This document shows, piece by piece, positions 29,540-42,701 of a stretch of 64,000 bases of DNA. Source of the DNA: Halieaceae bacterium UBA5044. Its GTDB lineage: Bacteria; Pseudomonadota; Gammaproteobacteria; Pseudomonadales; Halieaceae. The translations under genes and the position numbers were made by a program. Within the stretch, counting starts at the first letter, position 1. Each line of letters begins with the position of its first letter. The notes below the pieces were generated by a model, which worked only from the letters and a program-made list of their open reading frames with translations, was not told the DNA's origin and did no database searches. The DNA lies in the NCBI GenBank assembly GCA_002416125.1, contig DIBU01000008.1, positions 79,665 through 143,664 on the forward strand, given 5' to 3'.

Positions 29540-30312
29540 GTGTTCTCTCCCTTAACCAGGGTCCAGCGCTCCAGTGCGCGCAGCATCGCGCCATCAGACG
29601 CATTGTCCGCAATCAGGCAATGCCGGAATCCCGCTGCCATCGCCGCATCCGCGACGCGGCGCGAGGGCAACAGCAAGGTGACTGTCTGTAACTTAGTGGT
29701 TTCTGCGGGGCTAAGCAACGCCAACATGGTCTCCAGGCCTTCGCCGCTGCTGATGCAGATCAGGTCCACCTGCCACCGAGCCAGCATGGCGGCGAGCTCG
29801 CCCGGCGCCATGCGCGGGCGGACACGGCGGTAGCAGGCCAGGGTGTCAACCTGTGCACCGCGACGCTCCAGTTCCACGCGCAGCGTATCGCGCCCGCCCT
29901 GACCCTTGACGATCAACACGCGTTGTCCGGCGCAGTCGCGCAGGCCGGGCAGTTCCAGCAACCCTTCGCTGCTCATATTTTCGCCCGGGGTCTGGGCCAG
30001 CACATTAAAGGCGGCAAGCGCGCGGGCTGTACCCTCACCCACCGCGTACCAGTGCAGACCGGCGGGCAGTTGCGGCCAGTAGTCCTCGATCACCGGCAGG
30101 CTGAAATTCACCGCATTCGCACTGATGAAAATCACGTGCTGCACGCGGTCGAGGTCGAGAATGCGGGCCCGCTCGACTGCCGGGAGTGGCTCTACCGGCT
30201 CCAGATCCAGAAACGGCAGGTGATGCGCTGTGAACCCGCGCGCCGTCAGCGCATTGCACAGCCTGTCGCCCTGTCCCGCCGGGCGGGTAACCAGCACCGA
30301 TCTAGCGCCCAT
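29536..30312 (-). CDS. hemD: uroporphyrinogen-III synthase
   Basis: Track ORF trimmed to ATG 30312 ([18 protein letters not shown]...), which overlaps the hemC stop by 11 nt. Confidence 0.85.
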   Translation of the reverse strand: MGARSVLVTRPAGQGDRLCNALTARGFTAHHLPFLDLEPVEPLPAVERARILDLDRVQHVIFISANAVNFSLPVIEDYWPQLPAGLHWYAVGEGTARALAAFNVLAQTPGENMSSEGLLELPGLRDCAGQRVLIVKGQGGRDTLRVELERRGAQVDTLACYRRVRPRMAPGELAAMLARWQVDLICISSGEGLETMLALLSPAETTKLQTVTLLLPSRRVADAAMAAGFRHCLIADNASDGAMLRALERWTLVKGENT

Positions 30313-31234
30313 AGACCTCGGCCAGTATGGCGCCCGCGCCCTGCGCCAGGAGATCCTCGGCCACTGCGACTCCCAGCGCCTCGGCCTCAGCAACCGGCGC
30401 GCGCCCTTCGGCACGCAGCAGCCGCGCACCATCCGGCTGCCCGACGAGGCCGCGCAGCCACAGTGTTTCACCACCGGATTCGAACTCTGCGTAGCAGGCA
30501 ATCGGGACCTGGCAGCCACCTTCCAGTCGGCGATTCAACGCGCGCTCCGCGGTCACCCGCTGCGCGGTCGGCGCGTGGTGCAGGGGCTGCAAAAGCGCCA
30601 GCAGCTGTTGGTCATCACTGCGCAGCTCGATACCCACCGCACCCTGCCCGCCTGCGGGCAATGAATCCGCCACAGGCATGCGCTGGCGGATCCTATCCGC
30701 CATTTCCAGACGCAGCAGGCCGGCAGTTGCCAGGATAATCGCGTCGTACTCGCCGGCGTCAAGCTTGCGCAGGCGGGTGTTGACGTTGCCGCGCAGAAAC
30801 CGCACCTCGAGGTCCGGGCGCGCGGCGCGCAGCTGACACTCCCGGCGCAGGCTCGAAGTCCCTACCACACTGCCCGGCGGCAGCGCGGCGACGCTGTCGT
30901 ACTGATTGCTGACAAAGGCATCGCGGGGATCTTCCCGCGCACAGATCACGCCCAGGCAGAGTCCCTCGGGGAACGCCATGGGCACATCCTTCATCGAGTG
31001 CACCGCGATATCCGCACTGCCGTCGAGCAGTGCGGTTTCCAGTTCCTTCACGAACAGGCCCTTGCCGCCGACCTTGGCCAGCGGCACATCCAGCAACTGG
31101 TCGCCGCGCGAGGTCATGCCCAACAGCTGCACATCAAGGCCGGGGTGCGCATGCTGCAAGGCGTCGCGGACAAATTCAGCCTGCCACAGTGCGAGCGGGC
31201 TTTCTCGGGTAGCGATGGTAATGGTGCGGGGCAT
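30302..31234 (-). CDS. hemC: hydroxymethylbilane synthase (porphobilinogen deaminase)
   Basis: ATG 31234 has AGGAAG 6 nt upstream (the track start 31240 is TTG). [16 protein letters not shown] and the cofactor-binding region GGCQVPIA. Confidence 0.95.
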   Translation of the reverse strand: MPRTITIATRESPLALWQAEFVRDALQHAHPGLDVQLLGMTSRGDQLLDVPLAKVGGKGLFVKELETALLDGSADIAVHSMKDVPMAFPEGLCLGVICAREDPRDAFVSNQYDSVAALPPGSVVGTSSLRRECQLRAARPDLEVRFLRGNVNTRLRKLDAGEYDAIILATAGLLRLEMADRIRQRMPVADSLPAGGQGAVGIELRSDDQQLLALLQPLHHAPTAQRVTAERALNRRLEGGCQVPIACYAEFESGGETLWLRGLVGQPDGARLLRAEGRAPVAEAEALGVAVAEDLLAQGAGAILAEVYGR

Positions 31235-31307
31235 GAACAACTTCCTGGGGCTCGAACGGCGATGATACCAGCCGCGCCCCGGCGCCGCGACTTCAGCTAG
31301 CGTGCGT

Positions 31308-32036
31308 TCAGCCTTGCTGCAGCCTGGCCTTCACGTCAGCGAGGTGCCGCCGGCTGACCTGTGGCCGCAGCGCCACGCCGTCCAGCTCTACTGACCAGCT
31401 ACCGCCCGCATCCCGGCGCAGGCGTCGGATGTACCGCCGCGCCACAAGGGCATTGCGATGTACGCGCAGGAAGTCCGTTGCAAACTCCTGCTCCAGATCC
31501 TTCAGCGCGTCCTGAATCAGCAGCTCGCGCTCCGGGGCAACCGCCGTCACATACTTCTGCCCGGCAATGAAGCAGCGCACCTCGGCGATGGGCAGGGTCT
31601 CCAGGCCCCGGTGCCCCTGGCTGCTGACCTGGGTGCGCCCCGCCGGCTCGCCATCCGAGAGCGCAGCGAGCTGTACGCGGTTGACCCGACCCGCTGTCGC
31701 CAGAGCCCGCGCGAGCTCTGTTTCTCGCACCGGCTTCAGTAAATAGGCAACCGCCTGATGACGCAGCGCATCGAGCGCATACTCATCATAGGCCGTACAG
31801 AAAATCACTGCGGGGGGCGCGGGCAGCCGATCCAGCGCCGCAGCCACCTCGATGCCGTCCATGCCGGGCATGCGCACATCCAGCAACACCAGCGAAGGGT
31901 CCTCGCGTGCCAGCAGTGCCAGGGCATCCTCCCCCGATCCGGCCTCGATGACCTCTGCTTCGGGCCGCAGGCGCTGCAGCAGTCGACGCAGGCGGTCCCG
32001 TGCCAGCGGCTCATCATCCACCAGCAGGATTTTCAT
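31308..32036 (-). CDS. algR: LytTR-family two-component response regulator (AlgR-like)
   Basis: Receiver domain [20 protein letters not shown]...DVRMPGMDG plus a C-terminal LytTR DNA-binding domain. Located upstream of hemC as in Pseudomonas. Confidence 0.85.
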   Translation of the reverse strand: MKILLVDDEPLARDRLRRLLQRLRPEAEVIEAGSGEDALALLAREDPSLVLLDVRMPGMDGIEVAAALDRLPAPPAVIFCTAYDEYALDALRHQAVAYLLKPVRETELARALATAGRVNRVQLAALSDGEPAGRTQVSSQGHRGLETLPIAEVRCFIAGQKYVTAVAPERELLIQDALKDLEQEFATDFLRVHRNALVARRYIRRLRRDAGGSWSVELDGVALRPQVSRRHLADVKARLQQG

Positions 32037-33091
32037 ACCACAGGCCCCGCCGGATAGCGCAGCACGACCTGGAACGCCCCGCTGCCGCCTCGCTGGCGCA
32101 GGCTGGCCGCATCGCCGTACAGCGCCTGCAAACGCTGCTCGATGTTGCTCAGGGCCATGCGCTCACCGCGGCTGGGCGCGGGCGGATCCGGCCGTGGATT
32201 GTCAATCACCACCTGTACATCGCCTCCATCGCGCTGCACGGAAATCCGGATCACGCCCCCCGCCGGGAGCAGCGATACACCGTGGTACACGGCGTTTTCC
32301 ACCAGTGGCTGCAGGATCAGACTGGGCATCGGCAGATCGGCAAGCGCCTCGGCAACCTCCCACTCCACCTGCAGGCGATCGCCCAGGCGCAACCGCTCGA
32401 TACCCAGGTAGAGTTCACAGCGATGCACCTCTTCCGCCACGGTATCCCCGGGGCCAGCCTGGCGCAGGCTGGCGCGGAACAGTTCCGCCAGGTCCTCCAC
32501 CGCGGTTTCAGCGCGCTCCGGGTGCGAGGCGATCAGGCTGGCAATGCTGTTCAGGGTATTGAACAGAAAGTGCGGGCGGATACGGGCCTGCAGGGAATCG
32601 ATACGCGCCTGCAGCTCCGAGCGCTCCCGCAGGGTGAGTTGCTGTTGTAGATAGAAGTAGCGCAGCGTGATGCCTGTGACCAGCGCGGCAACCAGCATGT
32701 TGCGCAGCACCCACCAGCGATCATCCGCATCCGCCATGAGGCCGGGGTAGAAATGCAGAATCAGCTCGCCGGACAGACCCGTGACGGCGACCACCAGCAC
32801 GATGCTACCCACCGCGGCCAGCCACAGGCTGTGCCGCGAGAACCAGCCGCGCAGACGGCACAGGGTCACCGCGCTCGCCAGCACCAGCCACTGTACCAGC
32901 ACCGAACCGGTGGCAAGCACGGTCCATTCAAAACGCGGCAGGCTGCTCACCGCCAGGGTGTACATCAGGACCATCAGCTCCGCCAGCAACACCAGGAAGA
33001 GCAACGGCCGCGGCGCGCAGAGATCGGGGATGAAAAACGCACCCGAGGCCTGTGCCCGCGCCGCCCGTTGCTGCTCCCCTGTATCCCGCAT
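32033..33091 (-). CDS. algZ: LytS/YehU-type sensor histidine kinase (AlgZ/FimS-like)
   Basis: Trimmed to ATG 33091. [25 protein letters not shown]-terminus like AlgZ, His-kinase motif [14 protein letters not shown], ATPase domain. Overlaps algR by 4 nt. Confidence 0.8.
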   Translation of the reverse strand: MRDTGEQQRAARAQASGAFFIPDLCAPRPLLFLVLLAELMVLMYTLAVSSLPRFEWTVLATGSVLVQWLVLASAVTLCRLRGWFSRHSLWLAAVGSIVLVVAVTGLSGELILHFYPGLMADADDRWWVLRNMLVAALVTGITLRYFYLQQQLTLRERSELQARIDSLQARIRPHFLFNTLNSIASLIASHPERAETAVEDLAELFRASLRQAGPGDTVAEEVHRCELYLGIERLRLGDRLQVEWEVAEALADLPMPSLILQPLVENAVYHGVSLLPAGGVIRISVQRDGGDVQVVIDNPRPDPPAPSRGERMALSNIEQRLQALYGDAASLRQRGGSGAFQVVLRYPAGPVV

Positions 33092-33203
33092 GTACACAAA
33101 CCCCTGTCCACCCGGTGGTATACTTGCACCCAAGGGCGACGGGTACAAGCGCCAGAACCCCAGTCACGGCCCGCCGCAGGCCTTCAACCAGACATGGATC
33201 AAC

Positions 33204-34607
33204 ATGAGCAAGCAGACAGACACCAACACACTTTGGGGCGGGCGTTTCGCTGAACCCACCGACCAGTTCGTCCAGCGCTTCACCGCCTCCGTGGAGTTTG
33301 ATCAGCGCATGGCGGCCGAGGACATCCAGGGCTCCCGAGCGCATGCCGATATGCTGTGCGCCGTGGGTGTGCTGTCCGATGCCGAGCGCGGACAGATCCA
33401 GAGCGGGCTCGACCAGGTGGCAGCGGAGATCGCAGCCGGCGAGTTCCACTGGTCCATCGAGCGCGAAGACGTGCACATGAACATCGAGGCGCGCCTGACC
33501 GAGCTGATTGGCAATACCGGAAAGAAACTGCACACCGGCCGTTCGCGCAACGACCAGGTCGCGACGGATATCCGCCTGCACCTCCGTGCAGCCATCGATG
33601 CCATCGGCGCAGAGCTGACGCGCCTGCAGCGGGGCACTATCGGACTGGCAGCCGAGCACTGCACGACCATCATGCCCGGCTTCACCCACCTGCAGACCGC
33701 GCAGCCCGTGGTGTTCGGGCACCACCTGCTGGCCTGGAACGAAATGCTGGAACGCGATTATGGCCGGCTTATGGACTGCCGTGCCCGGCTCAACCAGTCT
33801 CCGCTGGGGGCGGCTGCACTGGCCGGCACCACCTACCCTATTGACCGCGAGATGACAGCGCGCGCGCTGGGCTTCGATCGGCCGACGGCCAACTCGCTGG
33901 ATTCCGTCTCGGACCGTGACTTCGCCATCGAATTCTGCAGTTTCGCCGCGCTGCTGATGACGCACCTGTCGCGCATGTCTGAAGAACTTGTGTTGTGGAC
34001 GTCAGCCCAGTTCAATTTCGTCGAGCTGCCGGACCGTTTCTGCACCGGCTCGTCCATCATGCCGCAGAAAAAGAACCCGGACGTCCCTGAACTGGTGCGC
34101 GGCAAGGTCGGCAGGGTCAACGGCCATCTGATCTCCCTGCTCACCCTGATGAAGAGCCAGCCTCTGGCCTACAACAAGGACAATCAGGAGGACAAGGAGC
34201 CGCTCTTCGATACCATCGATACCGTACTGGGCAGCCTGCGTGCCTTTGCCGACATGGTGCCTGCCATCCGGCCGCGCGCGGCGCAGATGCGCGAGGCGGC
34301 ACGCCGCGGGTTTTCCACCGCGACCGATCTCGCAGATTATCTCGTGCGCAAGGGACTGCCCTTCCGCGACGCCCACGAGGTGGTGGGCAAAGCGGTCGCA
34401 CACGGTGTGGCCAGCGGGGCCGACCTGGCCGAAATGTCGTTGGCTACGCTACAGGGGTTCAGTGGGGAGATCGATGCCGACGTGTTCGACGTGCTGACTC
34501 TGGAGGGTTCGGTGGCCGCGCGCGATCACCTGGGGGGCACTGCGCCCCGGCAGGTACAGACGGCCGCAGAGGCCGCGCTGCAGCGGCTGTCAGCCCGCCC
34601 GCAGTAA
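33204..34607 (+). CDS. argH: argininosuccinate lyase
   Basis: The real gene is the 3' part of track ORF 32781..34607, from ATG 33204 ([26 protein letters not shown]). Fumarate-lyase signature [12 protein letters not shown]. Confidence 0.95.
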   Translation: MSKQTDTNTLWGGRFAEPTDQFVQRFTASVEFDQRMAAEDIQGSRAHADMLCAVGVLSDAERGQIQSGLDQVAAEIAAGEFHWSIEREDVHMNIEARLTELIGNTGKKLHTGRSRNDQVATDIRLHLRAAIDAIGAELTRLQRGTIGLAAEHCTTIMPGFTHLQTAQPVVFGHHLLAWNEMLERDYGRLMDCRARLNQSPLGAAALAGTTYPIDREMTARALGFDRPTANSLDSVSDRDFAIEFCSFAALLMTHLSRMSEELVLWTSAQFNFVELPDRFCTGSSIMPQKKNPDVPELVRGKVGRVNGHLISLLTLMKSQPLAYNKDNQEDKEPLFDTIDTVLGSLRAFADMVPAIRPRAAQMREAARRGFSTATDLADYLVRKGLPFRDAHEVVGKAVAHGVASGADLAEMSLATLQGFSGEIDADVFDVLTLEGSVAARDHLGGTAPRQVQTAAEAALQRLSARPQ

Positions 34608-34641
34608 GCCAGGCGGGAGGTGCCGGCGGAGGCGCTGCCAG

Positions 34642-35619
34642 TCAGGGCACAAAGCGCAGGCTGGCCTGAAAGGTGATATCCGGCGCCGTCTCGACCCGGA
34701 TATCCTCCATAAACCCGGCTTCCAGCGCCCAGCGGTCCGTCAGCTGCCAGCGCGCACCCACATTCAGCAGCAGGGCGCTGTCGCCCAGAGCCGTCAGATT
34801 GCTCTGCAGCGGAGCGGCGTGGGCATCGACCTGCGCCAGCAAGGTGACGCGCTCATGCACGGCCCAGCTCACCCCCATACCGGCAAACCAGAGATTGCGC
34901 TCCTGCGCGGCACGCAGCCCCGGAACCTGCCCCGCTCTCAGATAACCCGCCTGCCCAAACAGCTGCCAGACGCTCTGCGGGGGCAAGCCGTCGGCCCGCA
35001 ACACCAGAAAAACATCCTCCGCGCCACTGCCCAGCAGCTCGCGCTCTTCTCCGGTCGCCAGCTTGTACCCCAATCCGGCGCTCAGGCGCCAGTTCCCCCC
35101 AGTGCGCAATGCGCGGTGCAGGCCCAGGGTGACATCACCCGCTCCGGAGACGCTGTCCTGCAGGGCAAACGCCGCCGTCGAGTTCAGATAGCGGAAGTCC
35201 AGCTGGTCGCGGGGCACCGCATCACGCCCCCCATCCGGCATTCCCCACAGGCTGTGCCAGCTGTCGATCAGCGCATCCAGCGAGCCGCCGCTGTGGCTCA
35301 GCCAGGGCAGCTCCACCTGCAGCTCCCAGCCGGGTGCCAGGCCATAGCGCCACTCGAGGGCGAGGCGGTGGGTTTCACCATCCAGGCGCAGTGCCTCCCC
35401 GGTGGCGCTGTCGAACACGGCGTGGCTGGCCATCGCGCCATGCACGGCGAAAGCCATGTCCTGCGCAGGCAGCAGCGCGGCACCGCGCATCGAGGGCAAG
35501 CCCAGAAGACCGCTGACCGGTGTCAGGTTCTTGCCGTACAGCGGCTCCACTGCCTGGGCCGCACCGGCCAGGAGCAGCAGGGCAGTCAGGCCGCCAATGG
35601 CACAGCGACGCAGGGACAC
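34642..35619 (-). CDS. putative outer-membrane beta-barrel protein (DUF3187-like)
   Basis: Start placed at GTG 35619, giving signal peptide MSLRRCAIGGLTALLLLAGAAQA (GTG 35643 is also possible). Alternating beta-strand pattern. C-terminal ..FQASLRFVP. Confidence 0.55.
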   Translation of the reverse strand: MSLRRCAIGGLTALLLLAGAAQAVEPLYGKNLTPVSGLLGLPSMRGAALLPAQDMAFAVHGAMASHAVFDSATGEALRLDGETHRLALEWRYGLAPGWELQVELPWLSHSGGSLDALIDSWHSLWGMPDGGRDAVPRDQLDFRYLNSTAAFALQDSVSGAGDVTLGLHRALRTGGNWRLSAGLGYKLATGEERELLGSGAEDVFLVLRADGLPPQSVWQLFGQAGYLRAGQVPGLRAAQERNLWFAGMGVSWAVHERVTLLAQVDAHAAPLQSNLTALGDSALLLNVGARWQLTDRWALEAGFMEDIRVETAPDITFQASLRFVP

Positions 35620-35806
35620 CTTGAGGGAAACACACGCTCGCACGGGCAGGGCCTCAGTAACAAACCCCTGATCCTGCCATGATCCCGCGCGCAATTCGAG
35701 CCTTTGCCGAGGCGCCGCCCCCGGGCCTGCCCGCCCCGCGTTGTGCAACGCAGAATCCTGCGTCAATTCGGGTATACTGCGCGCTTTTATGGACGGAACC
35801 CCAGCC

Positions 35807-35977
35807 ATGCCCATGACGCGCCCTCACTGGCTGATTGCCCCACTACTGGCCCTGCTGGCCGGCTGCGGGCAGACCGGCCCCCTGCAGTTGCCGCCGCAGG
35901 CAGAGGCGCCCGCAACCGCGCCGGTGGCGAGTGCAGTGCTGCCAGCAACGACGGCTCACGCTTCCGCAACCTACTGA
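35807..35977 (+). CDS. lptM: small lipoprotein LptM/LppL (YifL family)
   Basis: MPMTRPHWLIAPLLALLAGCGQTGPLQLPP has the lipobox LAGC followed by the GPL.LP motif. It lies immediately upstream of lysA-dapF, as in Pseudomonas lppL and E. coli yifL. Confidence 0.6.
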   Translation: MPMTRPHWLIAPLLALLAGCGQTGPLQLPPQAEAPATAPVASAVLPATTAHASATY

Positions 35978-35991
35978 GTGCCCACAGAACC

Positions 35992-37242
35992 ATGAGTTTC
36001 TTCGAGTTTCGCGCCGGCACCCTGTACGCCGAAGAGGTCGCCGCTGACGCCATAGCCCAGCACCACGGCACGCCCTGCTATGTGTATTCACGGGCCGCCC
36101 TGGAAACAGCCCTGCGCGCCTACCAGGGCGCGCTTGCCGACTGGCCGCACCTGATCTGCTACGCCGTCAAAGCCAACTCCAACCTCGCCGTCCTCGATGT
36201 GCTGGCCCGCCTCGGTGCGGGCTTTGACATTGTTTCCGTGGGCGAACTGGAGCGGGTGATTGCCGCCGGCGGAGATCCCGCGAAGACCGTATTTTCCGGC
36301 GTGGCAAAGACCGCCGCAGAAATGGCCAGGGCTCTGGAGCTGGGCATTCACTGTTTTAACGTTGAATCGGCGGCGGAGCTGGATGTGCTCAACCGCGTCG
36401 CCGGACAGATGGGCAGGCAGGCACCGGTGTCGATCCGGGTAAACCCCGATGTGGATGCGCGCACCCACCCCTACATCTCCACCGGTCTGCGGGAAAACAA
36501 GTTCGGCCTCGGCGTCGACGAAGCCCTGCCGCTGTACCGGCGCGCCGTCGCGCTGCCGCATATCGATGTGCAGGGGCTGGACTGCCACATCGGCTCACAG
36601 CTGACGGAGCTGAGCCCTTTCATTGACGCCCTGCGGCGCCTGTTGCTGCTGGTCGACACACTGGCGGACGAGGGTATTGCCATCCGCCATCTCGACCTCG
36701 GTGGCGGCCTCGGCGTGCGCTACCGCGACGAACAGCCCCCCGCCATCGCCGACTACATCGCTGCCATCCGCCGGGAGCTGGGCGAACGCCGGCTGCCCCT
36801 GGTGTTCGAGCCCGGCCGCTCCATCGCTGCCAACGCCGGTGTTCTGCTCACCCGGGTGGAATACCTGAAGCAGACACCGGAACACAATTTTGCGCTGGTA
36901 GACGCCGGCATGAACGACATGATCCGTCCCGCACTGTACCAGGCGTGGCTGGATATACAGCCCAGTCACGCTGCGGCCGACGGCATCAACGCCACCTGGG
37001 ACATCGTCGGCCCGGTGTGCGAAACCGGCGACTTCCTCGGCAAGCAACGCACACTGTGCCTGCGGGAGGGCAGCCTGCTGGCCATGTTCGGCGCCGGCGC
37101 CTACGGCTTCAGCATGAGTTCCAACTACAACACCCGGCCACGCGCCGCGGAAATCATGGTGGATGGTGACGCGATGCATGTCGTCGGCGCCCGTGAAACC
37201 CTTGACGACCTGTTGCGGCGGGAACGCCGTCTGCCCGACTGA
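35992..37242 (+). CDS. lysA: diaminopimelate decarboxylase
   Basis: From ATG 35992 ([16 protein letters not shown]...). PLP-binding [18 protein letters not shown], and the CETGD motif. Confidence 0.95.
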   Translation: MSFFEFRAGTLYAEEVAADAIAQHHGTPCYVYSRAALETALRAYQGALADWPHLICYAVKANSNLAVLDVLARLGAGFDIVSVGELERVIAAGGDPAKTVFSGVAKTAAEMARALELGIHCFNVESAAELDVLNRVAGQMGRQAPVSIRVNPDVDARTHPYISTGLRENKFGLGVDEALPLYRRAVALPHIDVQGLDCHIGSQLTELSPFIDALRRLLLLVDTLADEGIAIRHLDLGGGLGVRYRDEQPPAIADYIAAIRRELGERRLPLVFEPGRSIAANAGVLLTRVEYLKQTPEHNFALVDAGMNDMIRPALYQAWLDIQPSHAAADGINATWDIVGPVCETGDFLGKQRTLCLREGSLLAMFGAGAYGFSMSSNYNTRPRAAEIMVDGDAMHVVGARETLDDLLRRERRLPD

Positions 37243-37255
37243 GGAGCACCCGCCG

Positions 37256-38086
37256 ATGCTGCTCAAATTCACCAAAATGCACGGTGCAGGGAACGATTTC
37301 GTCGTCATCGATTTGATAACCCAGCGCTTTCGCCCCTGCACAGAGGACATCAAGCGCCTCGCCGACCGGCACTTCGGTATCGGCTGTGACCAGGTCCTGC
37401 TGGTGGAAACGCCGGACAGTCCGGAGGTGGACTTTCGCTATCGCATTTTCAATGCGGATGGCAGTGAAGTGGAGAATTGCGGCAACGGCGCACGCTGCTT
37501 CGCCCGCTTCGTGCGTGACAAGCACCTGACCGGCAAGCGCGTGATCCGCGTGCAGACCGCCGGTGGCGTGCTCGAACTGCGCCTGCGTGACAAGCAGCGG
37601 GTGGAAGTCGACATGGGCGCGCCGGTCTTTGAGCCAGCGCGTATTCCACTGCTGGCCGATCACGAGGCACCGAGCTACACCCTGCAGGTGGCGGACCAGC
37701 AGCTGGACATCGGCGCGCTGTCGATGGGCAATCCGCACGCGGTGCTGCGTGTGGAAGACGTTGACAGCGCCCCCGTTGCCACACTGGGTCCGGCAATCGA
37801 ACACCACCCCAGCTTCCCGAAACGCACCAACGCCGGTTTCATGCAGGTGCTCTCGGCAGGGGAAATTCGCCTGCGTGTTCACGAGCGCGGGGCCGGGGAG
37901 ACCCTGGCCTGCGGTACAGGTGCCTGCGCGGCAGCCGTGTACGGCATGATGCGCGGCTGGTTGCAGGACACCGTGACAGTTCACCTGCCCGGCGGTAAGC
38001 TTGAGATTCGCTGGCCCGGCCCCGGCAACCCGGTGACCATGACGGGTCCGACCGCCGTCGTGTTCGAGGGCAGTATCAGAATATGA
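37256..38086 (+). CDS. dapF: diaminopimelate epimerase
   Basis: From ATG 37256 ([19 protein letters not shown]). Catalytic Cys motifs [16 protein letters not shown] and ACGTGACA. Confidence 0.95.
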   Translation: MLLKFTKMHGAGNDFVVIDLITQRFRPCTEDIKRLADRHFGIGCDQVLLVETPDSPEVDFRYRIFNADGSEVENCGNGARCFARFVRDKHLTGKRVIRVQTAGGVLELRLRDKQRVEVDMGAPVFEPARIPLLADHEAPSYTLQVADQQLDIGALSMGNPHAVLRVEDVDSAPVATLGPAIEHHPSFPKRTNAGFMQVLSAGEIRLRVHERGAGETLACGTGACAAAVYGMMRGWLQDTVTVHLPGGKLEIRWPGPGNPVTMTGPTAVVFEGSIRI

Positions 38087-38123
38087 CGCCGGCGCCGCGC
38101 GCCGGAAATGTGGAGCACAGACC

Positions 38124-38828
38124 ATGTCAGCCAGAAATGAACAGGCAGTCGCTGCCGAGAGCGCAGCATTGACCGACGACACCGTTCGCGAGTACCTCAA
38201 GAACCACAGCGATTTCCTGCAGCGCCACCCTGACATGCTGGATTTTCTACACGTGAACCACGCCTCCGGGAGTGCCGTGTCCCTGGTAGAAAAGCAGGTG
38301 AGCGTGCTGCGCGAACGCAATACCGAAATGCGCCAGCGGCTCAACGCCCTCACGGCGAATGCGCGCAGCAACGACAAGCTATACGAGCAAACCCGGCACC
38401 TGGTGCTCGCCATGCTGGACGCCGACTCCGTCCCGGCACTGTGCGCCGCCTTCCAGCGCGCCATGCAGGCGGATTTCGGTGTTGAACACGCAAGCATCAT
38501 CCTGTTCGGTGATGCGACCGCGGCGGATGGTTTACGTGTGGTGCCGGCGGAAAGCGCCCAGTCAGCCATCGGCGCCCTGCTGCGCGGACGCAAAGCCGTC
38601 TGCGGCCCACTGCGCCGGGAGGAGCTCGACTTCCTGTTCGAGAACGCCGGCAGCGTGGGATCTGCAGCAGTCATGCCACTTGCCGGAACAGAGGACCTGG
38701 GGGTCATCGCGGTGGGCAGTTCCGATGCGCATCACTATACGAGCACCATGGGCACGCTGTTCCTGCAGCATATTGCCGAGGTGATGGTGCGCCTGCTGCC
38801 CCGCCTGCAAGCACCGGCACAGGCGTGA
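38124..38828 (+). CDS. DUF484-family protein (YigA-like)
   Basis: VREYLKNHSDFLQRHPDML N-terminus, coiled coil and GAF-like C-terminus. Conserved position between dapF and xerC. Confidence 0.8.
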   Translation: MSARNEQAVAAESAALTDDTVREYLKNHSDFLQRHPDMLDFLHVNHASGSAVSLVEKQVSVLRERNTEMRQRLNALTANARSNDKLYEQTRHLVLAMLDADSVPALCAAFQRAMQADFGVEHASIILFGDATAADGLRVVPAESAQSAIGALLRGRKAVCGPLRREELDFLFENAGSVGSAAVMPLAGTEDLGVIAVGSSDAHHYTSTMGTLFLQHIAEVMVRLLPRLQAPAQA

Positions 38829-39739
38829 TGCCGGAGGCCACGCCGCTGCAGGTCGCCTCTGAGGCCTTTATCCGCTACCTGCGCGACGTGCGCCAGTTGT
38901 CGCCACACACGGTCAGCAACTACCAGCGCGACCTCGCCGGCCTCCAGCGTTTCTGCGCGGATCGTGGTCGCAGCGATCCGGCCCGGTTGCACGAGTCCGA
39001 CATACGTGCCTGGGTAAGCCAGCTGCGCCGCCAGGGCCTCGCCAGCAGCAGCATCCAGCGTGCATTGTCGGCGCTGCGCTCCTTCTTCAATTATCTCGGT
39101 CGGGAACAGGGTCATACGCGTAACCCGGCCGCCGCGGTACAGGCGCCGCGGCAGCCCAGGCGCCTGCCGCGAGCGCTGGATACCGATCAGGTAAACCGCT
39201 ACCTGCAATTCAGCGGCGATGACCTGACGGCGCGCCGGGACAGCGCCATGGCGGAGCTCTTCTATTCCTCAGGCCTGCGACTGGCGGAGCTGGCCGCTAT
39301 CAATCTCGGCGACATAGACCGCCATGAGCAGTTGCTCACCGTCACCGGCAAGGGCCGCAAAACACGCACCGTACCGGTGGGCGCGGTGGCACTGGCGGCA
39401 CTGGATCGCTGGCTGGAAGTGCGCCCCGCAAGCACCGACCCCGCACTGTTCCTCAGCCGTCGCGGAACGCGCGCCAGCGCGCGCACGATCCAGGATCGGC
39501 TGCGCCTGCAAGGCCGGCGGGCAGGCATGTACCAGGACGTACATCCACACATGCTGCGCCACTCGTTTGCCAGCCATATGCTGGAATCCAGCGGCGACCT
39601 GCGCGCGGTGCAGGAGTTGCTGGGGCACGCGAACATTGCCACCACCCAGATCTACACCCACCTCGACTTCCAGCATCTGGCCAAGGTCTACGACGCAGCG
39701 CATCCGCGTGCCCGGCGCCGCAAGCCCGGCGAGGAATGA
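38825..39739 (+). CDS. xerC: tyrosine recombinase XerC (chromosome dimer resolution)
   Basis: Core-binding domain FIRYLRDVRQLSPHTVSNYQRDL. Catalytic residues within HMLRHSFASHMLESSGDLRAVQELLGHANIATTQIYTH. Housekeeping dapF-yigA-xerC-yigB synteny. Confidence 0.9.
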   Translation: MMPEATPLQVASEAFIRYLRDVRQLSPHTVSNYQRDLAGLQRFCADRGRSDPARLHESDIRAWVSQLRRQGLASSSIQRALSALRSFFNYLGREQGHTRNPAAAVQAPRQPRRLPRALDTDQVNRYLQFSGDDLTARRDSAMAELFYSSGLRLAELAAINLGDIDRHEQLLTVTGKGRKTRTVPVGAVALAALDRWLEVRPASTDPALFLSRRGTRASARTIQDRLRLQGRRAGMYQDVHPHMLRHSFASHMLESSGDLRAVQELLGHANIATTQIYTHLDFQHLAKVYDAAHPRARRRKPGEE

Positions 39740-39743
39740 GCGC

Positions 39744-40454
39744 ATGCCGCTGCGGGTGATCACCTTCGACCTGGACAACACGCTGTGGGACGTGGAGCCT
39801 GCCCTGTTGCGTGCGGAGCAGGCACAGCGGGACTGGCTGCTGCAGCATCGCCCCGGAAGCATCGAGCACCACGACCACGACAGCCTGTGGGAATTCAAGA
39901 AGCGGGTCTGGAAGCAGCATCCGGAACTGGTGCATCACGTCAGTCAGATGCGCATACGCACACTGTTTGAGCTGCAGCGCGCGGCGGGCTTCAGCGTCGC
40001 AGAGAGCGAGGCCGGCGCCCGCGCGGCGTTCGCCGCCTTTCTGGAAGAGCGGCACAAGGTCGAGCTCTACGCGGAGGCGCTGGACGTGCTGCAGACGCTG
40101 GCCAAAACCTACCGACTGGGTGCGCTGACCAACGGCAACGCCGACATCTACAAGACCGATGCGGCGGAATACTTCGATTTTGCCTTTCTGGCAGAAGAGA
40201 TCGGTGCCAGCAAGCCTGCGCCGGACATGTTTCACGCCGCACTGGCGGCGACCGGTGCCGCCGCGGAAGAGATTGTGCATGTGGGCGACAACCCCGAACA
40301 CGACATACTCGGGGCACAGCGGGTGGGCCTGCGCACTGTCTGGGTGAACCTGGCAGGTGACGCCTGGCAGCCTGAGAGCTATCGCGCCGACGAGGAGGTC
40401 ACGGCGCTGCGCGACCTGCCCGCGGCCATCGCCCGCCTCAACGGCAAGCCTTGA
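39744..40454 (+). CDS. HAD-superfamily hydrolase (YigB-like)
   Basis: From ATG 39744. DxD motif ITFDLDNTLW, later LTNGN and VGDNPEHDILGA motifs. Confidence 0.8.
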   Translation: MPLRVITFDLDNTLWDVEPALLRAEQAQRDWLLQHRPGSIEHHDHDSLWEFKKRVWKQHPELVHHVSQMRIRTLFELQRAAGFSVAESEAGARAAFAAFLEERHKVELYAEALDVLQTLAKTYRLGALTNGNADIYKTDAAEYFDFAFLAEEIGASKPAPDMFHAALAATGAAAEEIVHVGDNPEHDILGAQRVGLRTVWVNLAGDAWQPESYRADEEVTALRDLPAAIARLNGKP

Positions 40455-40480
40455 CAGGAAGAACCCCGGGGGACTCGGGT

Positions 40481-42697
<2,217 letters not shown>

Positions 42698-42701
<4 letters not shown>

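Noticed and set aside
37154-38707. 517-aa ORF on the minus strand spanning the dapF and DUF484 genes. Similar long ORFs occur at 895..1881(+), 3799..5019(+), 8648..9928(-), 12692..13858(-), 40785..42251(+), 44240..45637(+), 45701..47251(+), 56287..57621(+) and 62262..63428(+).
   Set aside because: Each is antisense or out of frame to a gene with clear family motifs. Their translations are Arg/Ala/Gly/Pro-rich low-complexity strings with no recognisable domains. Long spurious open frames are expected at this GC content.
38825-39739. Tyrosine recombinase as a marker of an integrated mobile element.
   Set aside because: It sits in the conserved housekeeping dapF-DUF484-xerC-HAD block with overlapping start and stop codons. 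There are no flanking repeats, tRNA or cargo genes, so it is XerC.
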